DNA from: Chrysemys picta bellii
Lineage: Eukaryota
Direction: 5' to 3'
Assembly: GCF_011386835.1 (NCBI RefSeq)
Contig: NC_088791.1
Location: forward strand, 206,274,001-206,338,000
DNA length: 64,000 nucleotides
In this document: in pieces, positions 1 to 12,830 of the stretch
How positions within the stretch are numbered: position 1 is the stretch's first letter
How the letters are laid out: each line of letters begins with the position of its first letter
The notes under the pieces: model-generated
What the model was told of the DNA's origin: nothing
The model's database searches: none
Seen by the model: the letters and a program-made list of their open reading frames with translations, nothing else
Program-made: the position numbers and the translations under genes

Positions 1-153
1 GGAGGATATTTGGCTGTATTCTGAGAAACTAAAATAAGGGCATATAATAAAGGCAGATGGCAGGATATTTCATACCCTAGGAAATCAATTAATCAGTAAT
101 GACCATTGATGAACATATACAAATTACAGAAAGTCTCATTCGTTCAATGTGAG

Positions 154-900
154 TGTAACCATGCGCAGACTCACCCCAGTGGCACCTCCTGCTGGTACCT
201 TCTGGGAATTAGCTCTCCAGCCATCAGAGCACCCTCTGCAGGCCAGTGTTCCACTTTTCCTGGCCCCCATGTCCCTCCCTCAGACCCGGTGCCCCTTGCA
301 CACCAGGGTGCTGCCCCCTGCCAGTACACCCCTCAGTCTCTGGGTCTCCCCTCCTCAGGGAACCCCAACACACTATCCACACCTTGCCTCAGTTTATGGC
401 CACTGCCAGCCATCACCTAGCCCCCATTCACTGGGGCAGACTGCAGTGTAAATGCCACTCATCACAGGCAAGGTTAGGTTTGGACCTGCAGCCTCTACCA
501 ATAGCAGAGCTGCCCCTCTGTAGCTCTAGTACCCTCTAGTGGGCCCTTCCTTCGGCCTGCAGCCTGGGGCTCTGTTAGGCTGGAGCTTCCCTTCCTTCGG
601 CCTGCAGCCTGGGGCTCTGTTAGGCTGGAGCTTCCCAGCTCCCTGGCCCTTCCCCAGCACTGCTCCACCCTCGGTACCTTCCTCAGCTCCCCAGGCAGCC
701 TGGTCCCTCCCTCTCCAAAGGCTAGAGAGAGATTGTGGCTGCTCCTGGCTTCCCTGGCCTTTATAGGGCCAGCTGGGTCTGGTTGGGGTGTGGCCCCAGC
801 TGCGGCTGCTTCCCAATCAGCCCAGCTTTTCCCCCTGCCCCAGCCCTCTCCAGGGCTGTTTTAAGCCCTTCCGGGCTGGAAGGGTCACCACCCCGCTACA
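154..900 (-). mobile_element. Solo LTR (Gypsy/ERV-type), with internal 45-bp tandem duplication at ~544-636
   Basis: TGTAAC...GCTACA termini; perfect 5-bp TSD GTGAG (149-153 and 901-905); TATAAA on minus strand at ~760-766. Confidence 0.8.
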
Positions 901-1272
901 GTGAGGCTTCAGTTAGGGGCCTCTCATGTGCACAGTAGACCTATAGAGCAGAATGGGTTTGAATAGTGAATATTTTGTTTTACATTATATTGATTTGTAA
1001 GTAAAATGTAAAGTATGGGCCTGACCCAAAGCCCAGTAATGTCAATGGAAATACTTCCATGGACTTGAATGGACTTTGAGTCAGGCCAAATATGTAACAT
1101 ATAATAAGAATGAGGCTTGCATTCCCATGTAGCCAACATATTGCACTGAGTAAACACATAATGAGCAGTATAAAATGGTTACACAATCTACAGCAAAAAA
1201 GAAGGATATCCTTTCCCTTCCCCATGACCCTTCAACTTACTGCACCATCCCTGAGAGAAATATATTAACTAA

Positions 1273-1529
1273 GGGCAGGTCTACACTTAAAATGCTGCAG
1301 CTGCACTGCTGTAGCACTTTAATGAAGAGAGCTTCTTCCGTTGGTGTAGTTCATCCACCTCTGTGAGAGGCAGTAGCTATGATGAGGGGAGAAGCTCTCC
1401 CATCGATATAGCACTATTCACAGTGGGGTTTAGGTCAGTATAATGGTGTCGCTCAGGGATGTGGAGTTTTCACACTCCTGAGTGACATAGTTACACCAAT
1501 ATAAGTGTAAGTATAGTATAGATGTGGCC
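1273..1529. mobile_element. Harbinger/PIF-type MITE
   Basis: Degenerate TIRs GGGCAGGTCTACACT / AGTATAGATGTGGCC; 3-bp flanks TAA/TGA. Confidence 0.7.
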
Positions 1530-1535
1530 TGAGAG

Positions 1536-2885
1536 TCACATGCTGCCCTACAAGCTCTTACGTAAATTAAGTTGTCATGGGATAAGAGAGAAGATCCTTT
1601 CATGGATGGGGAACGGATTAAAAGACAGGGAACAGAGGGTAGGAATAAATGATAAATTTTCAGAATGGAAAGGGGTAACTGTGACGTTGTGGTCTATATG
1701 GTTTTATAAAAATATGCTAATGACTGAATATAATGTAACTGGAATATGCTTCATGCAAAAGGTCTCTTGTAAGGTATCATTACAAAGCTTATAATCTACT
1801 AAGTGTGATCATCTTATTTGCATAAATGTACCACTCTTGTATCTGAAACTAGAAATATGAAATATAACTCTGAGGGCCTATTGTAATTATGCAAAGTGTG
1901 GGCCATTAATGGTGGTTTGGACTCTTGAGAACTCCCATTAACCAGGACAATTGTCTGCAGATGGCTGTGTTTTACCTGTAAGTCTTCCTGTATACGTGTG
2001 TGCTGGCAAGTGGGCAATGAAGTCTTGCAGTGACATGTGATCATGTCATCTGAACTGGAATCTATCTTTAACCTGGTGTCTTTCCACTGAAAAGGAGGGG
2101 GTGGGAACCCAGAGAGGGACAAAGGATTCCCGCCTTATGCAAAAGATATATATAGGGGTGAAAGAGAACAAGGGAGGAGAGAAGCCATCATGACGAATCC
2201 CCTAGCTACCACCTGAGCTGGAACAAGAGCTGTACCAGGGGAAAGAATTGTGCCCAGTCCTGGAAGGTGTCCAGTCTGAGGAAAAAACTTATAATCTCAC
2301 CCTCAGAGATGCTTTACTCTGTATTCAGTTTGATTAGACATAGATTTGCGTATTTTATTTTATTTTTCTTGGTGACTTACTTTGTTCTGTCTGTTACTAC
2401 TTGAAACCACTTAAATCCTACTTTCTGTATTTAATAAAATCACTTTTTACTTATGAATTGACCCAGAGTATGTATTAATACCTGGGGGAGCAAACAGCTG
2501 TGCATATCTCTCTATCAGTGTTATAGAGGGCAAGACAGGGTGCTGCGGTCCCGAGCTGGCAGGGAGAGCAAGGGTAGAAGTAGTCTTGACACATCAGGTG
2601 GCAGCTCCCAAGGAGGGTTCTGTGACACAGTAACTACTGGTGTTTCCCAAGGGTTAGTCCTAGGACCAGTCCTATTCAACTTATTCATAAATGATCTGGA
2701 GAAAGGGGTAAAAAGTGATGTGGCAAAGTTTGCAGATGATACTAAACTGCTCAAGATAGTTAAGACCAAAGCAGACTGTGAAGAACTTCAAAAAGATGCC
2801 ACAAAACTAAGTGATTGGGCAACAAAATGGCAAATGAAATTTAAGGTGGATACATGTAAAGTAATGCACATTGGAAAAAATAACA
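1536..2885 (+). mobile_element. CR1 LINE RT fragment, split by solo LTR 1680-2629
   Basis: Translates to LLRKLSCHGIREKILSW...GINDKFSEWKGVT then, after the LTR, VSQGLVLGPVLFNLFINDL...KFADDTKL. Confidence 0.93.
1680..2629 (+). mobile_element. Solo LTR inserted in CR1
   Basis: TGTGAC...CACA termini; 5-bp TSD GTAAC (1675-1679, 2630-2634); AATAAA at ~2433; CR1 reading frame resumes after it. Confidence 0.88.
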
Positions 2886-5800
2886 GAACCCTGGTTTCTT
2901 TCATGGACAAAAAACATATTTCCTACTTCTTCCCCCAGACTTGGAAGACGTAGGTCACAGTGTTTCTCCTTCACTGCAGAAGTTGTTCCCACTGAAGGGA
3001 GTGTGGAGCCTTAGTGGAGAACATTGTTTTTTTCCTTAGTATCAAAACTGTATACTTTCTTGTTCCCTTTTGTAACATAACATACGACTTTTGAAAGGAA
3101 AATGTATACAACAGAACATCACTAATGTTTGGGAGACCCACTGAATAGTCACTATAGGGCAAATTCTGTTCCCAGATATGTCTACACAGTGTCTTGATTT
3201 CAATGGGTTGTATGGAAGCAATTTGAGAGCAGAATTCTGCCCAAACTCAGAACACATGCACAAAAGGCTAGATTGTGCCTTGTCCTGCTGTGTGGAGGGG
3301 GATGCCTGGAGTCTGTACTCTCCAATCCCATTTCACATTGTTCAGAAGTGCCAGTGCCAGTGCCAGTCCCAGTCCCTGCACTTGGGGTAGCACAGGGACT
3401 GCTTTGTCCAAGCACCCAAAGGGGCACTAGGCATCCTGTGGACATTGGGGAATAGTAGGGAATCAAGGACCATGGCCCTACCCCAACCTCCATCTTTTTA
3501 TCAACAAGCCTACCTGGATGGGCTAAGAGAGGAGAATACTATGCACCATTCTATACTCTGTGCCACTGGAAAGTGCAACACCCCCTACAAAGGCTAGTGT
3601 CTTCCCGGTACAGTCTGGCCCTAAATTGCAAGACTAATACATAGTAATATGTTCTTTGTTCTCTCTTTTTTGAGAGCTGTAGTTTGGGATTAATTATTCA
3701 TGATAAAACATTATAATGTCCTAGTAAATGTACCTGGGTATACTTAAAAAAACCCACACAAGCAGCTATTAGAAGTATGAGTCCTCACTGCAGCACTGAG
3801 CTATTGACTCTTGGCTGAGAAATGAGGTGTCCCTGCTGAGGGGTTGGATTTGGTTTTAGTGCCAGTCCGCCCCATTCTGCTGCATCTCTTTGTTTTGGAA
3901 ATTGACTGATGAGGTTTAAGAAATGCGTTATTTTTAGAGTACGGGTGTGTTCAGAAGCACCTCAGTGCTGTTCAATGAGCTTGTGGCTTCTTGTACTTCT
4001 TTTGAATACCAGTTAAGTTCTGCTGTGTTTCTAGACTCACTTCCTGAGATCTGTGCTTCTGGGAATGACATGAGGCACGGAGTGGGCTAAGGATGATCGT
4101 CACTGGGCAGAGGGAAGGTTTTGGCAACTTTAGGGAGTTGTGGTAAGGGTGCTGTTCACTGGTTGAATGAGAGGGTTTTAGAAACGGGGGTTGCGGGATC
4201 ATGTAGAAAGAACTGAGGCGGCTTTTTAGGAGGGAATGAGGGAACGATTCTCTATTCAGATTCCTATGCTGCACTTATCTCCATGCTGTCTGGTCAAGTG
4301 GAAAGGTGGCCAGGTTGGCTTTGCAAGGGAGGCAAAGGACAGTTTTGAGAGCTGGGATGGGGCACTTGTCAGTGGGGCATGTCTTCGGTCATGATGTGTA
4401 TTAATACACATTTATACAGTCCTATAAATGCAAGACTTGACACTGGGTTAGTTTTACCAACTCCATTCCCCTGCTTCTATGCCGCTGTGCCTCTGCTCAC
4501 TAGTATCTTCTTACTCAGGTACTGCGGCCCGCAATCAGTTATCTTGATGAAAAGTTGAACTTTGGCTGTGTAAGATGGTGGGCTGTCTCACAGCCCAGGA
4601 AAGAACCAGTGCCAAGCCCAAGTCCATATTCAAGGCCTTGCCCCAGGGCACAATTTATTGTTCAAGCACAAAAACTCATGATTAAAAAAAAACCCAAAGC
4701 AATTCCCCTGATAAACCCAAGCTACGGAGGCCTTTCTGTTGCCTTTTTGCAGCCCTTAAAGGCGGACACACCTTTCCTTTCAATCTCTGGCTGGGTCACG
4801 TTACAGGCAAGTAGCTCTTATCCCTTTCTTGGCCGTTTTACCGTTTCACAGGTTGTACCTTTGTTACGGCCCTGCACAATACTTACCTTTTGAATTGTGG
4901 AGCACCATAGAAAACAATGGGTTGTTGGCACTCCAAATCTTGGTGCATGCCAAATCGCAAAGACCATGTTTTGGACTATCCCGGGCATCGCTATATGTTC
5001 GAAAACTGTACAGTTCAATGGTGAGGGACCACAGTCCAGGCACTGTTTGGCCATCAATTCAGTTACTAAAGTTGGGAGTAGGTGGGGATGGATCAAAGTT
5101 GGCTGCAGGATCTTGAGCTGCCCAAACTTGCTTCAGAACTCCAGCTGGCTTTTAGTAGTGGAAACTAGGCACTAAAATTCTTTCTCTGGGCATTTTCATG
5201 AAGATAAGGAAGTGTTTCCTTTGTAGATTTTTGTGGCACTACAGTGCTTCAGACTACTTTCTCTCAAAATGCTAGATGTCTACTCTTCCCAGTTTATCAC
5301 AGAAGTACAGTGATCAAGAAATTCCTAGCCTGCAGCAGAGAAAGCTGGGGAATGGCTATTATTTATTATTATTTTGATCACCAGTTGTGAAACTGATTTT
5401 CTGTGTGATTTTTTTCTACAACTTTCTCATACAGTCAGAGGCCAAAAATCATTAGGTCTGCATCTTCTCCCTGCCTCTCAGAAAACAAAGATGCTTTACT
5501 TCATCCCATCCTGAAAATGAGATTAAGTGGACTAGGTGACACATTAATTTCCATAATATATCTACTTAATTCTCATCCAAAACTGCTGCAAAATCATCAC
5601 GCATGAATAAGAGTTAGAAGAAAAAGTTGCCCTTTGTGGTTTACATTCAGCAGCAGCCACACTTCATTTATCTACAGTAAAAATGCTTGTGCATCTGCTT
5701 TCTTCCCCAGGATTCAATGCATACTAATTATTATTTTATGTATATTAAGCAGGGTTTTGTAGCATTTCCTGTTTTGTGCACTCCATTACAAATTTTTATC

Positions 5801-6180
5801 CCACAGCTTCCCTGCTATCTTGCATGCTTACAGCTGAATATAAATCTTCATAAAACTCTGGTGCAAATTCCTTTTTGTATGTGACCAGATTCTTGTAGGT
5901 TTATTAGTATTGGGTAGCCCAGAGATCATACTCTTTAGGGGAGTTCTGTTTCCTGGGTAAAGTGAACAACTGAAATATCCTGTTGTAAATTGCTTTGGTT
6001 TATAATATTTCATTTGCCTCCAGTCACAAGCAGGACAAGTCAAATGCCTTTAGAAATGCAAGTGGGACTGATTACAAGCTTGCACACAGATTATTTGACT
6101 TGGCATCACACATACCCCATACACATAGCTTAGAGATGCTACAGGTACAGCACAAATGAGAACACAGCCCTAAAGTTTGT

Positions 6181-6305
6181 TCAAAAAAAAAAAAAATAAT
6201 GGAGATATCCCATCTCCTAGAACTGGAAGGGACCTTGAAAGGTCATCGAGTCCAGCCCCCTGCCTTCACTAGCAGGACCAAGTACTGATTTTGCCCCAGA
6301 TCCCC
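6181..6305 (-). mobile_element. 5'-truncated turtle Cry-type SINE (T-tailed variant)
   Basis: Reverse complement matches the 3' part of the SINE at 30896-31095 (GGGGATCTGGGGCAAAATCAGTACTTGGTCC...GGATATCTCCATTA(T)n). Confidence 0.85.
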
Positions 6306-6402
6306 AATGCATCCGAAGAAGTGGGCTGTAGTCCACGAAAGCTTATGCTCTAATAAATTTGTTAGTCTCTAAGGTGCCACAAGTACTCCTGTTCTTCTTT
6401 TT
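6306..6402 (+). mobile_element. Penelope-like (Neptune-type) pLTR fragment
   Basis: GCATCCGAAGAAGTGGGC...CACGAAAGCTTATGCTCTAATAAATTTGTTAGTCTCTAAGGTGCCACAAGTACTCC; same tract recurs at ~45379. Confidence 0.8.
6309..6348 (+). ncRNA. Minimal type I hammerhead ribozyme motif (Penelope-associated)
   Basis: Stem I GCAU/AUGC; core CCGAAGA(A) (U4C variant, extra A); stem II GUGGGC-ugua-GUCCAC; GAAA; loopless palindromic stem III AGCU; CUU cleavage triplet. Confidence 0.6.
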
Positions 6403-7292
6403 ACTAAGAAAAATGTTTGCTGCTTCATATCAGTAAGCTTAGAAGAGCAATTTATATCTTTGGCTGATTATTGAAAGGGAAGAAGTAAATGTCCCTTAGT
6501 CATACAAAGTCAATCAACAAATGAACAATCCCCTATTTACTTAACAGTAGAAATATCCTTTTCCTTTCCTACTAGTCATGAATAATAGATGATTCACAAT
6601 TGCCATTAATGCTGAACTTGGCCAATACACCTCGCTATGCCTCAGCAACTCTCTCCATGGTCCAGGGGCTTCCTTTATTAACAGGTCAGCTTGAGAATTG
6701 AGCCTGTTGAAGAAGTACAGCAGATAGGATTCCCAATCCTCTCCTAACCACTCTAGCACATCATCTAATCTTTGCAAGCCCATATAATTTTAAGATGAGA
6801 ACTACCTACACATTTTTTAAAGATGTGGTCACACTTTGCTGATTTCGATCTTCCCCCACAAGCATACATTTCAAATGGATCCAATTTTTAATTTATTGTG
6901 GGAATCAGGTGGTTGAGATAATTTATTCTAAGTAAAGCATTCAAAACATTTATCATAACCAGTCAACAGCTAGGGGTTGTTGGTTTTTATTACATCATAA
7001 AGAGTTTTCCTCATATATTTTACAGCATCAGGGATATAGCATTATACATTTGTTTGGAGATGTGCCTCTGTGCTGGCCAACTCATCCCATTGAAATACAG
7101 ATTTAAGAAACCTTGTTGTTGTTTTGTAACATTGAAATTCAGTCGGTAGCACCCGTGACTCCTTGGTTGGTCTTGTGACTTGAAAGCAATGCTTAAAGTG
7201 TGCTCTGAAATGTGACTCTGTAAACGTGGCCTTGTGAGGTTCCATGCTTGCTGTGTCTTAGTGATTTCAGATGAAATTTGTTTAGTTTACAA

Positions 7293-7479
7293 CAGGGGTC
7301 AGCAACCTTAAGCACGCATCCCATCAGGGTAATCTGCTGGCGGGCTCCGAGACATTTTATTTATGTTGACCGTCCGCAGGCATGGCCCCCCGCAGCTCCC
7401 AGGGGCCGCAGTTCACCATTCCCGGCCAATGGGAGCTGAAGCTCCCTATGGGCTGTGTGCTGAAGGTTGCTGACCCCTG
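7293..7479. mobile_element. hAT-type MITE
   Basis: 17-bp perfect TIR CAGGGGTCAGCAACCTT; perfect 8-bp TSD GTTTACAA. Confidence 0.93.
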
Positions 7480-7714
7480 GTTTACAAGTAAAAATGATAC
7501 TTTTTTCCTAACTGCCAGATCAGCACACTCACCCTGGGATATGAGAGTTAAGAGAGGCTCTGAAGATTCTGAACGCTAAATTAGACCCACTTGTGAACCG
7601 CTATTGGGTGGGATTTTGAAAAGAGCCTAATAGAGTTAGACTCCCAACAGCCATTGCAACTCCATTAGGTGCTTTGAACATTTCACCCACTGCTTTCAAA
7701 AGACAGAAGAAGAA

Positions 7715-7950
7715 GATGTGATTAAGGCACTGGACTCGAAGTTAGGGGACATGCATGAAAATCCTGCCTCTTCCAGAAACTTCCTGTGTGTCCGTGAGCA
7801 AGTTGCTTAACCTTTCTGTGTCTCAGCTTCCTCCATACTTTCAACGGGGATGCTAAGACTATACCTTTCTATTTCCAGGGGGAAGATGTGGGCTTTGTGA
7901 GGCTAAAAACATTGTTTGCTAGGTGCTCAGATACTACAATAATGGGGATC
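7715..7950 (+). mobile_element. MIR/CORE-SINE remnant
   Basis: AAGGCACTGGACT...GAGCAAGTTGCTTAACCTTTCTGTGTCTCAGCTTCCTCCAT resembles the MIR core. Confidence 0.65.
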
Positions 7951-9789
7951 ATATAATCACCTAAATAGACGGAATAGATCTCCAGCAATATAGCTGAGTT
8001 GAATTTAGAAAATAAATCTGTTGAAGATGCACAAGGAGGAAAGAAGCTAATTTTCTCTATGCACTGTGTTGGCTCTGCAGGGCTAACACAGTACAAATTT
8101 ATTTTAGTCCCTAAAATGAGCAGATCAGACTCTGAAGAAGGAACCAGGCTTTACTCAGAGCAATTGCCCAAGTTTACTCAGTAGGTATAAAAAGTAAACT
8201 CCCATGTGCTCCCTGTTTTTTTGTACTGGATCCAGTCCTGCAACCTTTGAAGTAAATGAAGGTTTTTGGCATCAGCTCCAGTGGAAGTAAGATTGGGCTC
8301 CATATGGTTATATCTTTGCTGCTACCATTGCCGTGATAAGAGCAAAGTGTAATGAGGGTGTGTATGAGGAGCAGAATAGGTGTCACTTAGTAGTAGTGGG
8401 CTGAGACTCAGTTGTGTGCTGCATAGACAGGGGAGGAGCAGCTTATCCTTAAACAGCTACAACTAAACCTCACCAAAAAACAATTTGCATTTCACAGTAG
8501 GAATATAAGGGCCCTAAATCCCGGTAGCAGTAGGGTATGGTGCATGAAGACAGGATCCCACATACACAGGCATGTCTCCTAGATTGTCACCATAGCCTCG
8601 CTTTCATTTTGGACTGCTTTGTGGGTTTTGTTAGGACAAAAGGCTTTTAACCAAGGAGGCCAGTACACATGAAACCATGTCAAAATGCTCCATATTCTGG
8701 TGGTGTGAGTGTCTCCCCCTGTCCCCCAGTTTATAATTTCACTCAAACTCTTCCCACCAACAGATCCTCAGGCTAGTTTTGGTATTTTTCCATCCATGAT
8801 GTGGATTAGGTTTAGAAATTACTATCCACAAGTAGGGTTTTCCTTGCTCACCATAATCAGCCCTAGCATCGTACAGAGAGCAGAATTGGCCTTTTTATGA
8901 AAATTATTCTTGTTCTTCAACTCTTGGTCTATTTGAAAGTTTGAATCACAAGAAATCCAGCAGAAACTCAGTAAAACTGTAAGAGGCCATTGAAAGAGAA
9001 ATGAAGGAGACTGTTGAATAGCCAGTGAGAATCATCCAGTTGAATATCCCTTTTTAGCATTCATAAGGAATAAAAGAACAAGGAACGTGATTTGTGTTTG
9101 TTTATAAAGGGCTGTCTTTAATTTACAGCGCTATGTAAACAATTTTTAATAATCATGCTAATCCAGGGCTGGGACTGTGGAAGGATTTTAGAATTGGAGA
9201 TTTCTAAACACAGGCAGATTGACACTTTAGCAGCTGTTAAGGGAACTGAGGAAGCTCGTAACAAGCTGGAGATTGGAATGACATGGATTGTGCTTTGTCC
9301 TGATTTGGTTTTAGCGAATCAAACTTTCTTAAAACTGAGTTGGAATCTACATGTATGTCTAGAATAAGCAGGCCAGATCTTCAGCTAATATAAATCAGTA
9401 TCAGTTGAAGTCAATGATGCTACAACAGTTTACCCTAGCTGGGGAGCTGATATCTTGAATTCAAAGGATTTTATTATACCCAGACAGGTCTTGAAGCATT
9501 CTAAAATAAAGGGATTACAAATAATTTAATTTAGAACTCTGTGACTAAACTGCAACTGAGTCTTCTTACTCTGAGTTATTTTTCTAATTGTTTTATTGAA
9601 TTCATGTATAAGGATTTACATTCCTTGCATGAACATTTGCTTTTAATTAACAAAGAATATATGTTTGCTGCAAGGAATACAATCCTGAACCTAATCGTTT
9701 ACAATGTTATCTCCTGTAAGCGTCTTTTGAGAGAATTCCTATTTGCATTGCCTTATTAAAAGTGTCTAGCATATAACAAGAGACAATAT

Positions 9790-11534
9790 AACAGGAAACA
9801 ATATTAAAGACACAACTGTAAACTATTCCGATGCCAAGGAAATGTAGGACGAATAGTAAGAGGCCAATATGACTCCATCAGGAGCTCTTTAATGACCTGA
9901 AAATGAAAAAGGACTCCACACAAAGTGGAAACATGATCAAATTGATAAGGAGGAGTAAAACAGAACAGCCCAAGTAGGTAGGGACAAAATCAGAAAGGCT
10001 AAGGCACAAAATGAGTTACACCTGGCAAGGGACAAAAGAGGCAATAAGAAGAGGTTTCTCCAAATGCATTAGGAGTAAGAGAAAGACAAAGGAAAGTGCA
10101 GGCCCTCTACTTAGCAGGGAAAGAGCGCTAATAACTGATGTCATCAAAAAACCTGAAGTGCTTACTGCCTATTTTGCTTCTGTTTTCACTAAAAGGTTAA
10201 TGATGACGAGATACTCAACACAATTAATGTTAACAATCAGGGGGAAGGAATACAAGCCAAAATAGGGGAAGAAAATGTTAAATAATATTTAGATAAATTA
10301 AATATATTGAAGTCAGCAGGGCCTGAAACAATCTCAGAGCCATTAGCAATTATCTTTGAGAACTCCGGGAGGATGGGAGAGGTCCCAGAAGACCGGAGAA
10401 AGGCAAACAGAGTACCTATCTTGAAAAAGGGGAACAAGTAAAACCCAAGGAATTATAGACCAGTCAGCCTAACTTCAGTAGCTGAAAGATACTGGTGCAA
10501 ATTCTTAAACAATCAATTTTGTAAGCACCTGGAGGATAATAAGTAAGGCTATGTTTTAGTCGGGGTATTTTTAGTAAAAGTCACGGACAGTCACGGGAAG
10601 TAAACAAAAATTCATGGCCCATGACCTGTCCATAACTTGCAGTATATACCCCTGACTAAAACTTGGGTGCTCTGGAGGGGAGATGGGGGGGCCCAGGACC
10701 CCCACTGGTTCGGGGGGGGGGAATGCAGCGGTGTGCAGTCTGGGACCCCTGCTGCTGCTGCTGCTGTTGCTGCGGGGGGGTGGAGGGGCAGCAGCCTGTG
10801 GCCTGTGACCCCCGCTGGTGCTGGAGGTGGGGAGGGGGAGGCTGGTGGGGCTAGCAGACTCCCTACCTGGCTCTGCGTGGCTCCTGGAAGTAGCTGGCAT
10901 GTTCCTGTGGCCCTAGGCGGAAGCTTGGCCAGGGGGGCTCCATGCGCTGCCCGTGCCCAATGGCCAGGAACCATGGCCAGTGGGAACTGCGTGGTGGTAC
11001 CTACAGGCAGAGGCAGCACGCGCAGCCGCCTAGCCGCACCTCTGCCTAGGAGCCAGACATGCCGGCCGCTTCCAGGGAGCCCCCCTGAGGTAAGCGCGAC
11101 CCAGAGCCCTCCCCCATCCCGCATCCCAACCCCCTGCCTCCCCTTGAGGCCCCTCTCATGCCCGAACTCCTGCTGCTGCTGGAGGGGATGGGCATGGTGG
11201 CCTGAGCCTGCTCCAGCAGTGGCCGGTGCAGCTGGCCTGGGAGCTGCACGAGCTGCTCAGGTGGTCCCCAGGCCAGCTGTACCTGCCGCTGCAGAAGTCA
11301 CAGAGGTCCTGGAAAGTCATGGAGTCCGTGGCCTCCATTACAGACTCATAGCCTTAATAATAAGCATTAGTAAGCATGGATTTGTCAAGAACAAATCATG
11401 CCAAACCAACTTAATTTCCTTCTTTGATATGATGCGGGGAAGCAATAGGTGTGATATATCTTGATTTTAGTAAGGCTTTTGACACAGTTCTCTAGCGCAT
11501 TCTCATAAGCAAAGTAGGGAAATGTCGTCTAGAT
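9790..11534 (+). mobile_element. CR1 LINE ORF2 fragment interrupted by hAT MITE 10544-11356
   Basis: IRSKRKTKESAGPLL...YFASVFTK; KGNK..PRNYRPVSLTS; HGFVKNKSCQTNLISFFD; DFSKAFDTV. Confidence 0.9.
10544..11356. mobile_element. GC-rich hAT-type non-autonomous element
   Basis: 10-bp TIR TAAGGCTATG/CATAGCCTTA; perfect 8-bp TSD ATAATAAG; contains (GCT)n at ~10750-10772. Confidence 0.93.
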
Positions 11535-11760
11535 CAGTGGTTCTCAGACTTGGGTTGCCGCTTGTTCAGGGAAAGCCCCTGGTGGGCCAGGCTGGTTTGT
11601 TTACCTGCCGCGTCCACAGGTTTGGCCGATCACGGCTCCCACTGGCCACGGGTCGCCGCTCCAGGCCAATGGGGGCTGCAGGAAGGGCCATCAGCACATC
11701 CCTTGGCCTGCGCCACTTCCTGCAGCCCCCATTGGCCTGGAGTGGTGAACCGCAGCCTTC
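11535..11760. mobile_element. Truncated hAT-type MITE (CAGTGGTTCTC end)
   Basis: Starts CAGTGGTTCTCAG at the point the CR1 stops; GC-rich body like other MITEs here; second TIR not found. Confidence 0.6.
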
Positions 11761-12369
11761 CCATCTTGCTTGTAATTTACTATATTTTAAAAAAATATAT
11801 CAGTGTCATAGGGTTAATTAGTCTCTTGTTCTTCAGCAAGTGTGCTTGAAGGAGACTGAGCTGAGAGAAAAATCTGTCCCCCTATTCCTCTAGGTGGCTA
11901 AGACTCTGCAGTCTGATGCCTACAGCACTTCATAAAATGTTAAGAATACTTTATAAATTCCCTTCCCCCCACATGATTTATAATGTGGATTATGTTTATA
12001 TTTAATCTATTTTAATGATATTTGCTAAGAATTCTGTGGGCTTTACTTCTGTTTATATAATTGTTGCCTAGCAAATAGCAGTGGTCTAGCTTCCTGCTGC
12101 TCCACTAGGAAGGCATGTGCAATTACAGCAGCAATCATTTTTGACTTATTTTAACTCCTTGCTTTTCTCTCTTTAAACTTCAGGTTTCTTTTTTTCCTAC
12201 TACATTTTAGTATTTCTATCAAGAAAAAAAAAATCTCTGCTACCATCCCCCTGAATATCTTCTGACAGAAAAACCTTAATCTTCTGTGACACATTGGTTA
12301 TCATAAATAAGTCCCAATGTAAATGCAAATGCTCACAGTGAAGGATTACTACTTAGTGAAAGGAAATGC

Positions 12370-12830
12370 AGGTGTAAGGCAATTGGATATTTCAGAGGTT
12401 TGTTAATTTAATATGGAGCCTTTCATCTGTAGGTCAACCATTCATATCTGACTGAAGTCAGAAATGATAAGGAATCGTTACCTTCAGATAGTTGTTCAGT
12501 GTCCGATGTGAAAGGAATTAGGAGTCTGCAGTCTGGTTTCCAGTTGACAGGTGTTAACGGTACTAAGTCACTCCCATAGCTGGTACTAATAGCGCCCCAG
12601 CTGGCAGCCTCAGCAGAAAAGTCAAATCCATGAGAAAATGAGCTTCTCTGTCAACTATAGAAGTTGTCCTTCCAGGCCAGCATTATGGTACATTAGCTGG
12701 CCAAGATGGTGATGTTTGCTCTTCCACTGACCATGCTAGACCTATGTGAAAACCGAGTTCTTTGGTCTTGAAGTCAACAGGAGTTGACTGTGTGTGCAGC
12801 ACTTGCGGTATTTGGGTCGCTTACCAAGTG
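12370..12830 (+). mobile_element. LF-SINE (Deu-domain SINE) remnant
   Basis: GAGCCTTTCATCTGTAGGTCA...TTACCTTCAGATAGTTGTTCAGTG...CAGTTGACAGGTGT...CTGGCAGCCTCAGCAGAAAAG matches the remembered LF-SINE consensus by eye. Confidence 0.65.

Noticed and set aside
544-636. 45-bp duplication as a CRISPR-like or regulatory array
   Set aside because: Only two adjacent copies with no spacer, inside an LTR; ordinary LTR duplication.
3780-5200. Coding-like stretch with several ~95-aa ORFs
   Set aside because: No recognisable motif in any frame, many stops; may be an old repeat but not assignable by eye.
10637-11464. 275-aa and overlapping ORFs
   Set aside because: Low-complexity products of a GC-rich MITE with TIRs and TSD.
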